From Candidatus Poribacteria bacterium (GTDB taxonomy: Bacteria > Poribacteria > WGA-4E > WGA-3G): 64,000 nucleotides of DNA. A model generated the notes under the pieces. That model saw only the letters and a list, made by a program, of their open reading frames with translations. It did no database searches and was not told the DNA's origin. The position numbers and the translations under genes were made by a program. The stretch lies in contig OZ251518.1 in assembly GCA_965242965.1 (NCBI GenBank), forward strand, positions 2,688,001-2,752,000. The letters are read 5' to 3'. Positions within the stretch are counted from its first letter, which is position 1. Every line of letters starts with the position of its first letter. Of this stretch, positions 29,821 through 40,713 are shown in pieces.

Positions 29821-30744
29821 ATGAGCCTTCTGAATCATCCAGAAAACTTTGCATCGGGTTACGTCAGCATCATCGGCAGGCCGAACGTCGGCAAATCGAC
29901 GTTGCTCAATACCTTGCTTGGGCAAAAATTAGCCATCGTTACGCCGAAGCCGCAGACGACCCGGCATCAGATCCGCGGCATCGTCACCACCGACGCGCAC
30001 CAAATCATCTTTGTTGACACGCCGGGGCTGATGGAGGTTTCCAAATCCCGGTTGCACACGGAGATGGTGAAAGCCGCTTACAAGGCGTTAGGCGGTGCCG
30101 ATGTGGTGCTTTTCGTCATTGATGTCTCACAACAGCGGAAGGGTGCAGGCGAAGGCAGGGAAAAACAGCTCCTCGCGCGCCTCCGCCGAACGAACGCGCC
30201 GACGATTCTGGCACTTAACAAGATCGATCTGGTTGCAAAAGAGACGCTGCTCCCGATCCTGGAGAGTTACGGTGAGCAGTATCCGTTCGCCGCGATGATA
30301 CCGATTTCCGCACGCACGAAGGACGGCGTTTCACTACTCATGGCGCATGTCCGAGAGGCTTTACCGCCAGGGCCCCTTTATTTTCCGGAAGACCAGGTGA
30401 GCGACTTACCGGAACGATTTTTCATCGCCGAAACCGTGCGCGAGAAAATTCTGTTCCTTACCCAGCGCGAGGTGCCGTATAGCACAGCCGTCGTCGTTGA
30501 GGAATTCCAGCGGCGCGACACCGGGATGATTTACATCCGCGCTATCGTTTACGCAGAACGACAGACACAAAAACAGATTCTCATTGGCAAAGGTGGAACG
30601 CTCATCAAACGCATCGGCGAACAGGCACGGCGCGATATCGAGAAATTTCTCGATGCCCGCGTCTTTTTGGAACTTTACGTCACCGTCAAACCAGACTGGC
30701 GGCAAGACATACGACAACTCAGAGATATCGGCGGAATCCACTGA
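29821..30744 (+). CDS. era: GTPase Era
   Basis: GRPNVGKS, PQTTR, DTPG, NKID, KH domain (ILIGKGG). Confidence 0.97.
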   Translation: MSLLNHPENFASGYVSIIGRPNVGKSTLLNTLLGQKLAIVTPKPQTTRHQIRGIVTTDAHQIIFVDTPGLMEVSKSRLHTEMVKAAYKALGGADVVLFVIDVSQQRKGAGEGREKQLLARLRRTNAPTILALNKIDLVAKETLLPILESYGEQYPFAAMIPISARTKDGVSLLMAHVREALPPGPLYFPEDQVSDLPERFFIAETVREKILFLTQREVPYSTAVVVEEFQRRDTGMIYIRAIVYAERQTQKQILIGKGGTLIKRIGEQARRDIEKFLDARVFLELYVTVKPDWRQDIRQLRDIGGIH

Positions 30745-30888
30745 GTCCAGAGCGCGAGGTAGGAGAAACCTCCTAGTCTCAATTCCCTCCGGTAGGCGAG
30801 ACCTCCCGGTCTCGATGCAATTCCGTAGCGCGAGGGCCTGTCCCTCGCAACAGCACGTCAAAAAACAACGCATTGCGAGAGACAAAAA

Positions 30889-33800
30889 ATGGAAACACAC
30901 GCCACTATTGATATCCACGGCGCAAGAGAACACAACCTAAAAAACATCAATATCCAACTGCCAAAAGAGAAGTTGATTGTCTTCACCGGCGTAAGCGGTT
31001 CCGGCAAATCGTCGCTCGCTATGGATACCCTATACGCGGAAGGGCAACGCCGCTATATTGAATCGCTATCGGCGTATGCCCGGCAGTTTTTGGGGCAGCT
31101 CCATAAACCAGAGGTTGACGAGATTATCGGGCTGTCGCCTTCCATTGCCATCGACCAGGGTTCAACCGGACACAATCCGCGTTCTACCGTTGCTACTGTC
31201 ACAGAAATATACGATTATCTGCGTGTTTTGTATGCCCGCGCGGGGCAATTTCACTGTCCCGAATGCGGACAGCCTGTCGGTTCACAAAGCGCGAGCGATA
31301 TTCAGAACGCCATCCTCAGCCTTCCGCCGCGCACCCGCATCCTCATCTTAGCACCTATCGTGAGAAGGCGGCGCGGGGAACATCGCCTCGCATTCGCTGA
31401 TGCACTGAAAGCTGGCTTCGTGCGCGCCCGGATTGATGGCGACATCCATGAAATCCGCCCCGAAATGTCCCTCAATCCCAATCAACGCCACGACATTGAC
31501 ATCGTCGTTGATAGGATTATTGTCAAGGCGGGGATTGAAGAACGCGTCGCTGAGGCTGTGGAGCAAGGTCTGAAACTTGGTAACGATAGCCTGATTGTTC
31601 ACATCGTTGGTGCGGAATTGCATCGAGACCGGGAGGACGCGCCTACGGTATTGCATCGAGACCAGGAGGTCTCTCCTACCCGAAGAAATCAAAACCAGGG
31701 AGGCGCGCCTACTGAATTGCATCGAGACCGGGAGGTCTCTCCTACCGGCAGAAATCGAGACCGGGGGGGCTCGCCTACTGCAGATGAAACTGGCGAAGAC
31801 AGGCTTTTCAGCACCGAGTATGTTTGTGGGCAGTGCGAGATCAGCTATGAAATTCCCGAACCGCGCCACTTTTCCTATAACACGCCGGAGGGACAATGCC
31901 AGACGTGCAAAGGATTAGGCTCGCAAAAAGGTATTTCTCCTGCACTGATAGTGACAGACGAAACCCTTTCCATCCCAGAGGGTGCGATTGCGTTGTGGGG
32001 GAAACCGGATATCAAACAGAACGCTGTTATCCAATCATTGGCTCAGCACCTCGGCTTTGATGTAGATGCGCCGTGGAAGGCGCTCGCACCTGAACACCAG
32101 CACGCTATCCTCTACGGCACCGGCGATACCACCATCTCTTTTACACGGCCGCCTATCAGAGGCAATGCGCGCTCGCGCCGATACCTCGGACGGTTTCAAG
32201 GCATCATCCCCGCGCAGGAACAGGTATATCAGGGACTGCCCGAAGAAGATTTGCCCGAATTTTTTGTCAACATGCCGTGCCGCGAATGCAACGGCAGCCG
32301 CCTCACCCCCGCTGTCAACGCTGTCACCCTTAACGGCACGCCTATCACCGAGGTGCTAGCGATGTCCATTGAAGATGCTGCCGCCTTCTTCAACGCGCTT
32401 GAACTCCCACCGCGCGAAGCATTCATCGCCACTGAATTGTTAAAGGAGATTCGCGGGCGGCTCGGATTCCTCCAGCATGTCGGATTAGGCTACCTCACGC
32501 TGGCTCGTTCTGCACCGACACTCTCCGGGGGAGAATCGCAGCGGATACGGCTCGCCAGCCAAGTCGGCGCGGGCCTGCGCGATGTTATCTATGTTCTCGA
32601 TGAACCTAGCATCGGGCTGCACCCCCGAGATCACGCAGGACTCCTATCAACCCTCATTAACCTCCGTAATCAAGGCAACACCGTCATCGTTGTGGAACAC
32701 GATGAAGCCACGATGCGCATCGCCGACTGGATAGTCGATTTTGGACCGGGGGCAGGTGTCAAGGGTGGTGCTATCATCGCTATGGGCACCCCCGAGCAAA
32801 TTAGTGACGAAAGCGATTCACTCACGGCGCAATACCTCCGCGGTGACAAGCAGATAGTGCAGCCCGCATCGCGCCGTCCCGGTAACGAGAAGTGGGTGCA
32901 AATTTGCGGCGCGCGCCAAAATAACCTCAAAGACATTCATCCGAAAATCCCTCTCGGCACGCTCTGCTGCGTCACCGGTGTCAGCGGCTCTGGGAAGAGT
33001 TCCCTCGTCCACGATATCCTCTATAACGCGCTCGCCCGCGATTTGATGCGCGCGAAGACGGTCCCCGGTGCCTACGAGAAAATCCAAGGGTTGGTTCTCA
33101 CAAAAAAGCCGTGGCTAGCGACAGAACCCCTTGCTACGGGAAGCGATGGCATCGTCAAAAAAGAAAAAGCCGTGCCTGTCTCGGAGGTAATCGACAAAAT
33201 TATCCACATTGACATGGCACCCATCGGCCGCACGCCGCGTTCTAACCCTGCTACTTATACGAAGGTGTTCGATGCCATTCGCGCCTTCTATGCCAATTTA
33301 CCGGCATCGAAATTGCGCGGTTACAAACCCGGGCGGTTTAGTTTCAACGTCACCGGTGGTAGGTGTGAAGCGTGCAGCGGCAACGGCGCGAAAAAGGTGG
33401 ACATGGGCCTGCTTTCCGATGTTTGGGTGGCGTGCGAGGTATGTGAGGGACACCGCTACAACAGCGAGACGCTCACCGTGAAATACAAAGACAAAAACAT
33501 CGCCGATGTGCTGGAGATGGATGTTGATGTCGCCCTCGCGCATTTCGCCGATATTCCGAAAATTGCCAGGCCGTTGAAACTGCTACACGATGTCGGGCTT
33601 GACTACATCAAACTGGGACAGCCGGCACCGACGCTCTCCGGTGGCGAAGCACAACGGATTAAACTATCGCGCGAACTCGCCAAACGGAGCACGGGGAAGA
33701 CGCTCTATCTCCTTGATGAACCCACGACAGGGTTGCACGTTGACGATGTCAATAAGTTGCTTTCTATCTTGCACCGCCTCGTTGATGCCGGCAATACCGT

Positions 33801-36800
33801 CGTCGTCGTGGAACACAATCTGGAAGTGATTCAGTCCGCCGATTATCTCATCGACTTGGGGCCGGAAGGCGGCATGCACGGGGGCAACATCGTCGCTGTC
33901 GGCACACCGGAAGAAGTCGCCGAAATACCTGAATCTTACACAGGACAGGCACTCTGCGGCCAATTTCATATCGACAACGTCAGTGACAGCAATGGAAAAA
34001 TAGCCGGCACGCCACAAGAGAACACGGCAGAACGCATTGTGAAAGACAAAAAAATCACCGTGCGCGGTGCAGAAGAAAATAACCTCAAAAACATTGACGT
34101 TGACATTCCGCACGGCAAACTGACGGTGCTGACAGGGGTGAGCGGTTCAGGCAAAACTTCGCTGGCACTGGATACGCTTTACGCCGAGGGACAACGTCGT
34201 TACATTGAGACGCTCAATACTTACGCGCGTCAATTCATCGGGCAAATGGAGAAACCGAAAGTGGCGAAGATTGATGGGTTGTCCCCTGCCATCGCCATTT
34301 CACATACGAGTCCCACGCAGCAGCCACGCTCCACCGTCGCAACGATTACCGAAATCCACGATGGACTCCGGACGCTTTATGCGCGATGGGGGCAGCCGCA
34401 CTGTCCGGATTGTCTTGAACCGGTGCTGCCACAGACTGCCCAAGAAATCGCCGAGATAGTCTTTGCAGCACACCACGGCAAATACGTTGAGGTGCTGGCA
34501 CCGCTCACCAATTATCGGATGTCCGGTCAGAACGTCGGCATGGATATGGATGCCACGCCGGGACTAAAAGGTAATGAGGACTTCCCGCAGGCTTTCCGGC
34601 GATTGCAGAAGGAAGGGTTCGCGCGCGTCCAAATCAACGGCAAAATGCATCGGCTTGATGAGGCACCCCTCCTCCACAAAGGCATCCGGCAGGAGGTGTT
34701 GCTTGTTATTGACAGGCTGGAACTGGTAGCGGAGGAAGAGAGCCGTTTTATGGAGGCAGTGGAACTCGCGCTTTCACAAGGAGAAGGGTTCGTCGCTATC
34801 CAAGAACAACATCGCGATAGGGCCCTACCAGAACAGCATTTTTTCAGTGAGCATGCGGTATGCCCATCCTGTGGGGACAATTTCCCGCAACTCACGCCGC
34901 GCCACTTCTCTTTTAACAACAAACTCGGCGCGTGCGGGTTCTGCGATGGAATCGGTAGACTGCCATTAGGCACAGGCACTGTCGGCGGATACTCGCCGGA
35001 AGTCTGCACACTCTGCGACGGCAGCCGCCTCCAACCGTTCCCCAGCCATGTCAGGTTCTGTGAGAAAACCATCGCGGAAGTGATGAACCTGTCCATTACC
35101 GAGATTATCCAATTCTTTGGAGAGCGCGTGGCCGCGATTGAGACAGAACTCGCCGCCAACCCAGAAAACGTCAAAATTCCAGAGGAAGTTAAGGGCCCCA
35201 CGACTTCAAGGGCGACGCACCCGTCTCTCCATGCCCACACGTCACCCGAATTTGAGGCGGAGGTTCTCCGACACCTTCAGACGCGCCTCCGGTTCCTAGA
35301 AGACATCGGACTCGGCTACCTAGAATTAGCCAGACCGGCTCCGACGCTCTCTGGCGGTGAAATCCGCAGAATTCGACTCGCCAGTCAACTCGGCAGCGGA
35401 CTCACCGGTGTTACCTATATCCTCGATGAACCGAGCATCGGGTTGCATCCCCGCGACCAGGAGAAACTCATCACGGCGATGAAGGCGTTGCGCGATATCG
35501 GTAATAGCGTGCTTGTTGTCGAGCACGATAAAGACACGATTTTAGCGGCAGACCATCTCGTGGACTTCGGTCCGCGCGCAGGCGAACATGGCGGTGAAAT
35601 TGTCGCCACAGGCGAACCGGATGTATTCACTTCCAATGGAAACGTCTTGAATGCCCGGCCCTCGCTCCAAGGCAAGGGGGAGAACGGAAACCGTTCGCTG
35701 ACGCAAGCCTATCTCTCCAATGCGCTGCAGATTCCGGTGCCGAAAAAGCGTCGGAAAGGCATCGGCAAATCGCTCACGCTCACCGGCGTGCAGACGAACA
35801 ACCTGAAGGACATTGATGTCAGGTTTCCGCTCGGCACGCTTATCGCCGTGACAGGCGTTTCAGGGTGTGGAAAGAGTTCGCTTATTGATGGCACCCTGCG
35901 GCCCGCCCTTGAAAGCCGCCGTACTGTCCAGACTGGGGAGGAAGAAGGCGAATTCGATTACGAACGCTATCGACAGATGGTGCAAGAGAAACAGCAGCAA
36001 GGGCAGCCTATCTATCGGAAGATCCGTGGCATCACGGACGTGAAACGGCTTATCAACGTAGATCAGAAACCCATTGGCGAAACACCGCGCTCCAATCTGG
36101 CAACATATACAGAGTTGTTCACGAAGATTCGTGCTGTCTTCGCCGAGCAACCCGCTGCGCGACATCTCGGCTTTGGCATGGCACGGTTCAGTTTCAACCT
36201 CAACTACGGACAGTGCGAGCAGTGTGGCGGCCATCGGTTCAACCGCGTGGAGATGCATTTCCTGCCTGATGTTTGGATGCCGTGTGAGGCGTGCGGTAGC
36301 ACCGGCTACAATGCCGACACGCTTTCTGTCCGATACAAAGGCAAAAACATCGCCGAGGTGTTGCAATTGACGGTGGCAGAGGCACTTGAACTCTTCAGCG
36401 ATGTGAACACCGTTGGTAACAACATCCGGCACGTGTTGGAAGTGCTTACGGCGGTAGGGTTGGACTATCTCTCCTTGGGACAACCTGCGACGACGCTCTC
36501 CGGCGGCGAGGCACAGCGTATCAAACTCGCGAAGGAGCTGGCACGCCGGCACGTCGGTTCCACCCTTTACCTCATGGACGAACCCACCACCGGGTTGCAC
36601 GTTGACGATGTTCAGAAGTTGCTGAAAGTGTTGAACCAACTCGTCGATGCTGGCAATACGATTATCGCTGTCGAACACAATCTGGACGTGATTAAATCGG
36701 CAGATTGGGTTATCGATTTAGGCCCGGAGGGAAGCAAAGACGGCGGCGAGATTGTCGCTACTGGCACACCGGAGAAAATTGCCGAAATTTGGACATCGCA

Positions 36801-36834
36801 TACAGGCCGGTTTTTACGGGAGGTGCTGTCGTGA
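30889..36834 (+). CDS. uvrA: double-length excinuclease ABC subunit A (two fused UvrA units)
   Basis: Four GVSG(S/C)GK Walker A motifs, four LSGGE signatures, repeated AEGQRRY and zinc fingers. Confidence 0.95.
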   Translation: METHATIDIHGAREHNLKNINIQLPKEKLIVFTGVSGSGKSSLAMDTLYAEGQRRYIESLSAYARQFLGQLHKPEVDEIIGLSPSIAIDQGSTGHNPRSTVATVTEIYDYLRVLYARAGQFHCPECGQPVGSQSASDIQNAILSLPPRTRILILAPIVRRRRGEHRLAFADALKAGFVRARIDGDIHEIRPEMSLNPNQRHDIDIVVDRIIVKAGIEERVAEAVEQGLKLGNDSLIVHIVGAELHRDREDAPTVLHRDQEVSPTRRNQNQGGAPTELHRDREVSPTGRNRDRGGSPTADETGEDRLFSTEYVCGQCEISYEIPEPRHFSYNTPEGQCQTCKGLGSQKGISPALIVTDETLSIPEGAIALWGKPDIKQNAVIQSLAQHLGFDVDAPWKALAPEHQHAILYGTGDTTISFTRPPIRGNARSRRYLGRFQGIIPAQEQVYQGLPEEDLPEFFVNMPCRECNGSRLTPAVNAVTLNGTPITEVLAMSIEDAAAFFNALELPPREAFIATELLKEIRGRLGFLQHVGLGYLTLARSAPTLSGGESQRIRLASQVGAGLRDVIYVLDEPSIGLHPRDHAGLLSTLINLRNQGNTVIVVEHDEATMRIADWIVDFGPGAGVKGGAIIAMGTPEQISDESDSLTAQYLRGDKQIVQPASRRPGNEKWVQICGARQNNLKDIHPKIPLGTLCCVTGVSGSGKSSLVHDILYNALARDLMRAKTVPGAYEKIQGLVLTKKPWLATEPLATGSDGIVKKEKAVPVSEVIDKIIHIDMAPIGRTPRSNPATYTKVFDAIRAFYANLPASKLRGYKPGRFSFNVTGGRCEACSGNGAKKVDMGLLSDVWVACEVCEGHRYNSETLTVKYKDKNIADVLEMDVDVALAHFADIPKIARPLKLLHDVGLDYIKLGQPAPTLSGGEAQRIKLSRELAKRSTGKTLYLLDEPTTGLHVDDVNKLLSILHRLVDAGNTVVVVEHNLEVIQSADYLIDLGPEGGMHGGNIVAVGTPEEVAEIPESYTGQALCGQFHIDNVSDSNGKIAGTPQENTAERIVKDKKITVRGAEENNLKNIDVDIPHGKLTVLTGVSGSGKTSLALDTLYAEGQRRYIETLNTYARQFIGQMEKPKVAKIDGLSPAIAISHTSPTQQPRSTVATITEIHDGLRTLYARWGQPHCPDCLEPVLPQTAQEIAEIVFAAHHGKYVEVLAPLTNYRMSGQNVGMDMDATPGLKGNEDFPQAFRRLQKEGFARVQINGKMHRLDEAPLLHKGIRQEVLLVIDRLELVAEEESRFMEAVELALSQGEGFVAIQEQHRDRALPEQHFFSEHAVCPSCGDNFPQLTPRHFSFNNKLGACGFCDGIGRLPLGTGTVGGYSPEVCTLCDGSRLQPFPSHVRFCEKTIAEVMNLSITEIIQFFGERVAAIETELAANPENVKIPEEVKGPTTSRATHPSLHAHTSPEFEAEVLRHLQTRLRFLEDIGLGYLELARPAPTLSGGEIRRIRLASQLGSGLTGVTYILDEPSIGLHPRDQEKLITAMKALRDIGNSVLVVEHDKDTILAADHLVDFGPRAGEHGGEIVATGEPDVFTSNGNVLNARPSLQGKGENGNRSLTQAYLSNALQIPVPKKRRKGIGKSLTLTGVQTNNLKDIDVRFPLGTLIAVTGVSGCGKSSLIDGTLRPALESRRTVQTGEEEGEFDYERYRQMVQEKQQQGQPIYRKIRGITDVKRLINVDQKPIGETPRSNLATYTELFTKIRAVFAEQPAARHLGFGMARFSFNLNYGQCEQCGGHRFNRVEMHFLPDVWMPCEACGSTGYNADTLSVRYKGKNIAEVLQLTVAEALELFSDVNTVGNNIRHVLEVLTAVGLDYLSLGQPATTLSGGEAQRIKLAKELARRHVGSTLYLMDEPTTGLHVDDVQKLLKVLNQLVDAGNTIIAVEHNLDVIKSADWVIDLGPEGSKDGGEIVATGTPEKIAEIWTSHTGRFLREVLS

Positions 36835-37727
36835 GCGCGCCCGACTACTACGCCTGCTTAAAGCTTGATAGAGACGCAACGGCGGCGGACATCAAAAAGG
36901 CGTTCCGTAACCTCGCGAAACGCTACCATCCAGATAAAAATCCGGAACCAGCCGCCGCGAGAAGGTTTCGCCGCATCTGGCGCGCCTATAACGTCCTCCG
37001 AGACGCAAAGCAGAAACGTGCTTATGACAAGACGCTCCGCGCAGCAGAAAGCACCGTTGCAAACCACGCCTACGGGGCACGCAAGCACCCGCACACTGCA
37101 GAGACGGTAGACAGGCTGTTTCAAGCACTGCTCCAGCATCGCTACGAGACAGGGATTGCACTCTATGAACAATTGCTGCAGCGATTTGAGAGAAATGGCG
37201 AGAAAAAAGGCGGAGGTGTAACCCTTGACGCGGTGTTGAGTTATGAGGAGAGCCGCGACTGCGAATTCCTCGTCGCCGAAGCTTACGAGAAAATTGCGTT
37301 TCAGAAAACCTGCGCGCAGGTTGCCGCGAATTACAGACAACAAGCCATCGTGCTGTATGAGTCCTTGCTCGCCGCTGAAGCGCAACGTCCCTGCTTCCGG
37401 CACTTCACCCGTGAAGTGAAGGAACGGCTGAAAATGTTATATCTTGCCTACTATAAAGATTGCACTGCTAAAATCACAGCGAGGGACGGGAAACCCTCAC
37501 CCTACGAGGAATGTGAGACTAAAGGGGTTTTATTGGGAAAAGTCCAGGCACTACACCTGCCGAAACGCGAAACGGCGTGGATTTACAAAAAAATCGCAGA
37601 ATTTTATGTTGAAATCGAACGGTACCCCGAAGCACGCGAGGTTTTGCAATTGGCGTTTGAACTGCATCCCCGACTCGCCGGTGCCAAAAAGATTTGTGAA
37701 ACGTTGAATATCGTTCAGCCAAAATAA
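36831..37727 (+). CDS. DnaJ-domain protein with C-terminal TPR-like region
   Basis: DYY..L..IKKAFR..YHPDKN; GTGA overlap with uvrA stop. Confidence 0.85.
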   Translation: MSAPDYYACLKLDRDATAADIKKAFRNLAKRYHPDKNPEPAAARRFRRIWRAYNVLRDAKQKRAYDKTLRAAESTVANHAYGARKHPHTAETVDRLFQALLQHRYETGIALYEQLLQRFERNGEKKGGGVTLDAVLSYEESRDCEFLVAEAYEKIAFQKTCAQVAANYRQQAIVLYESLLAAEAQRPCFRHFTREVKERLKMLYLAYYKDCTAKITARDGKPSPYEECETKGVLLGKVQALHLPKRETAWIYKKIAEFYVEIERYPEAREVLQLAFELHPRLAGAKKICETLNIVQPK

Positions 37728-37729
37728 GT

Positions 37730-37998
37730 GAGGGTGTTTCATAACTCCGTTTCGGTAGTTATCCCCCCTTGGGGACAGGCGAATATCAGAAGCCATCGGG
37801 CCCACCTCTGTAGTTCGGGAGCGCCCGCTCCCGAACGGGTCAGGATCAGGCGATCCTGACCTACAGGGGGGAGATACGGTCTGACAGCAAAACGCATGGC
37901 GAGGGACAGGCCCTCGCCCTACGTGAAAGGGATGCGTTTTTTTCACCGTATCGCGGGGGTTTGTCCCCGCGACGTTGAACGATATATGAAACACCCTC
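37730..37998 (+). mobile_element. MITE-like element, 14-bp TIR, 8-bp TSD aaataagt, REP cargo
   Basis: gagggtgtttcata ... tatgaaacaccctc; aaataagt at 37722-37729 and 37999-38006. Confidence 0.88.
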
Positions 37999-38095
37999 AA
38001 ATAAGTAGGCTGAAGCAAATACCGTATCTTCTGTCCGGTAGGCGCGGTGCCTATTGAGGGGATTTCCCCGCGTCTGTCTAATGCGGAGCATTTTG

Positions 38096-38965
38096 ATGAG
38101 AAAAAAAGTTCAATGGGAACGAATGTTCCCCGATGAATTAGAAGCGGCGTTCGCCGCGTGTCCCGGTGTCTATTTCACTTACGGCCTCTGTGAACCGCAC
38201 GGGCCGCACAACGCTGTCGGACTTGATAGTCTCAAGGCGCACGCGATTGCCTGTGCCACTGCGGAGCGGTTCGGCGGCATCGTCGCGCCGCCCGATTATT
38301 GGCACATCCACGAACACGGCATGTATGCGAATTGGGCATATCAACACGTCGGTGAAGCGCGCAGTTGGCTCACCGCTATGCCGGCGTGGCAGCACTTCAA
38401 AAACGTCTGTTATCACGTCCGTGCTGCAGACGCACTCGGCTTCCACGCCGCCATCTTCCTCACCGGGCATTACGGCCCGAATTGGGAAGATTTGAAAACG
38501 TTGCTGGAATTGATTCAACCCGCTTTTGCGATGCGCCTCTATGGCCTGCCTGACTTTGAAGCGAACACGCGCGGCTTTGAAGGGAACGAAGGGGCAGACC
38601 ACGCTGGACGCGTTGAAACCTCGTTGTTGAGTGCTTTGGACCCGGCGTGTGTTGATATGACACGGTTGCCGGAACCCGATGCCCCCGGCCCGCACTTCGC
38701 CATGGGCAAGACAGCGCACCAATCCAACCGGCAGGAAGGCGAGCGCATGGTGAACGATGAAGTTGAATGGCTCGGAAAGAAGATGCAGGAACTCTTGGAT
38801 GCGTATCCGCAGAACAGGCAGTCCCAACCGCTGACGTTCAACGAAGTGGAAGAGTTGTGGGAAGAAACGGTGAAGCCCGCGCTCAAGGATTTTAAGACGA
38901 TGCAAAATTCCGGAGAACCACCGCCGGAAAATTCACAGTGGTTTCGGCAGTGGCGCATTCCATAG
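38096..38965 (+). CDS. creatininase-family amidohydrolase
   Basis: CEPHGPH..GLD, TGHYG, DHAGRVETS. Confidence 0.85.
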   Translation: MRKKVQWERMFPDELEAAFAACPGVYFTYGLCEPHGPHNAVGLDSLKAHAIACATAERFGGIVAPPDYWHIHEHGMYANWAYQHVGEARSWLTAMPAWQHFKNVCYHVRAADALGFHAAIFLTGHYGPNWEDLKTLLELIQPAFAMRLYGLPDFEANTRGFEGNEGADHAGRVETSLLSALDPACVDMTRLPEPDAPGPHFAMGKTAHQSNRQEGERMVNDEVEWLGKKMQELLDAYPQNRQSQPLTFNEVEELWEETVKPALKDFKTMQNSGEPPPENSQWFRQWRIP

Positions 38966-38971
38966 GAGGAC

Positions 38972-39724
38972 ATGATGCAAGACAAAACACGCTCTCTCGC
39001 AGAGACATACCAACAAGACGGATTTTTAACCGGCATCCCCATCGCCGATGCCACGGAAGCGGCGCGCTATCAAACCGCTTACAACGCACTCGAAGCGGAA
39101 GTCGGCGCGGAGAAATGCGAAATCGGACTCGTGGATTGGCATTTTGAACATCAATTTATCTGGGACATCGCAACGCACCCGAAGATTGTCGATGTCATTG
39201 AGGCACTCATCGGGCCTGATGTAATGTTGCTTGCCACCCACTTCTTCTGCAAGTATGGGCCTCGCGAGAAGTTCGTGGCGTGGCATCAAGACGTTACCTA
39301 CTGGGGATTAGAGCCGCCAGAAGCCGTCACGGCATGGTATGCGGTTGACGACAGCGATACCGGCAACGGATGCATGCAGGTGATTCCCGGCAGTCACCGG
39401 CACGGTATCCAAGCGCACGGCACGTCTGAACGCGCCGGGAACCTGCTCAGCATCAATCAGGAAGTGCCGGTGACAGAGGACGCGGCGGCATCAGCAGCAG
39501 ACCTGGTGCTGAAAGCCGGTGAGATGTCTATCCACCACGGGGCACTCATTCACGGCAGTCTTCCGAATCACTCCACTCGGCGGCGATGCGGACTGACGGT
39601 TCGTTATATCCCACCCACCGTGCGGCAGGCAGAAGAGAATTCGTTGAAACGGCCTTGGAAACCCATCCTCCTCCGGGGCGAAGACCGGCATCACCATTTC
39701 ACCACGGTGCCAGAACCGTTTTAA
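38972..39724 (+). CDS. phytanoyl-CoA dioxygenase (PhyH) family Fe/2OG oxygenase
   Basis: WHQD, NGCMQVIPGSH, HGSLPN..RR. Confidence 0.9.
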   Translation: MMQDKTRSLAETYQQDGFLTGIPIADATEAARYQTAYNALEAEVGAEKCEIGLVDWHFEHQFIWDIATHPKIVDVIEALIGPDVMLLATHFFCKYGPREKFVAWHQDVTYWGLEPPEAVTAWYAVDDSDTGNGCMQVIPGSHRHGIQAHGTSERAGNLLSINQEVPVTEDAAASAADLVLKAGEMSIHHGALIHGSLPNHSTRRRCGLTVRYIPPTVRQAEENSLKRPWKPILLRGEDRHHHFTTVPEPF

Positions 39725-39726
39725 AT

Positions 39727-40630
39727 GCGGGTATTTCATAAATCGCTCACCGTCGCGGTGCCAGGCCCTTGCCCTGCGGTGCAGGCAGCAACCGTCCGCT
39801 TTCACCGTAGGGCGAGGGCCCTCGCATGCCACACGCGCATGCGAGAGGGTTTCCCTCGCCATGCCTAGGTCTATCAAACCGCTCTTTTAGGTCCGTAGGA
39901 CCTTAATGTCTATAGCTCCTCGCGCGGCGAAGACTCTTAAGGTCTGTAGGACCTTAATGTGCGCCGCACCGCGCGGCTAGTATGCTATTAAGGACCTAAA
40001 GGACCTTGAAAAGGGTGGCAGGCACGTTTTTCTATAGACATGCAGGACCTAACGGACCTGAAGAGCCGTTTTTTCAAAAGAGATTTCACCGCCGCGCGGG
40101 AGAGAATCCTGCAAATCCTAGAATCTTGTGAATCCTGATTCAGACACCTAGAGGCATCGCGGGGGACAGGCCCCCGCGCTACCGGAACCGCGACATTTTC
40201 TTCACAAAACGGCCCCTTTCACCGTAGGGCGAGGGCCTGTCCCTCGCCATGCTCCGGTCTATCAAAAAAACTCTTTTAGGTCCGTAGGACCTGAATGTCT
40301 ATAGAAAAACGCGCCGCACCCTAGCAAGGTCCGTCGGACCTTAATATTGCATCGAGACCGGGAGGGCTCTCCTACGGGGCAATCGCGGGGGACAGGCCCC
40401 CGCGCTACGGGAACGGGACATTTTCTTCACAGAACGGCCCCTTTCACCGTAGGGCGAGGGCCTGTCTCTCGTCGTGCTGCGGTCCATCAAACACCTCTTT
40501 TAGGTCCGTCGGACCTGAATGTCTATAGAAAAACGTGCCGCACCCTAGCAAGGTCCGTCGGACCTGAATGTTGCATCGAGACCGGGAGGGCTCTCCTACG
40601 GGACGCTCGCGGGGGACAGGCCCCCGCGCG
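39727..40630. repeat. composite repeat region: degenerate MITE end, GTAG-REPs, AGGTCC-GTAG-GACCT hairpin family
   Basis: gcgggtatttcataaatcgctc end, aggtccgtaggacct units, internal duplication (about 40156-40350 vs 40380-40570). Confidence 0.85.
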
Positions 40631-40713
40631 ACATTACCGTGATATTTTCTCTACATTCACCGAAACTTATGATATAATAATTACCAGAAAATTTGGAAAT
40701 GGAGGGACATATC

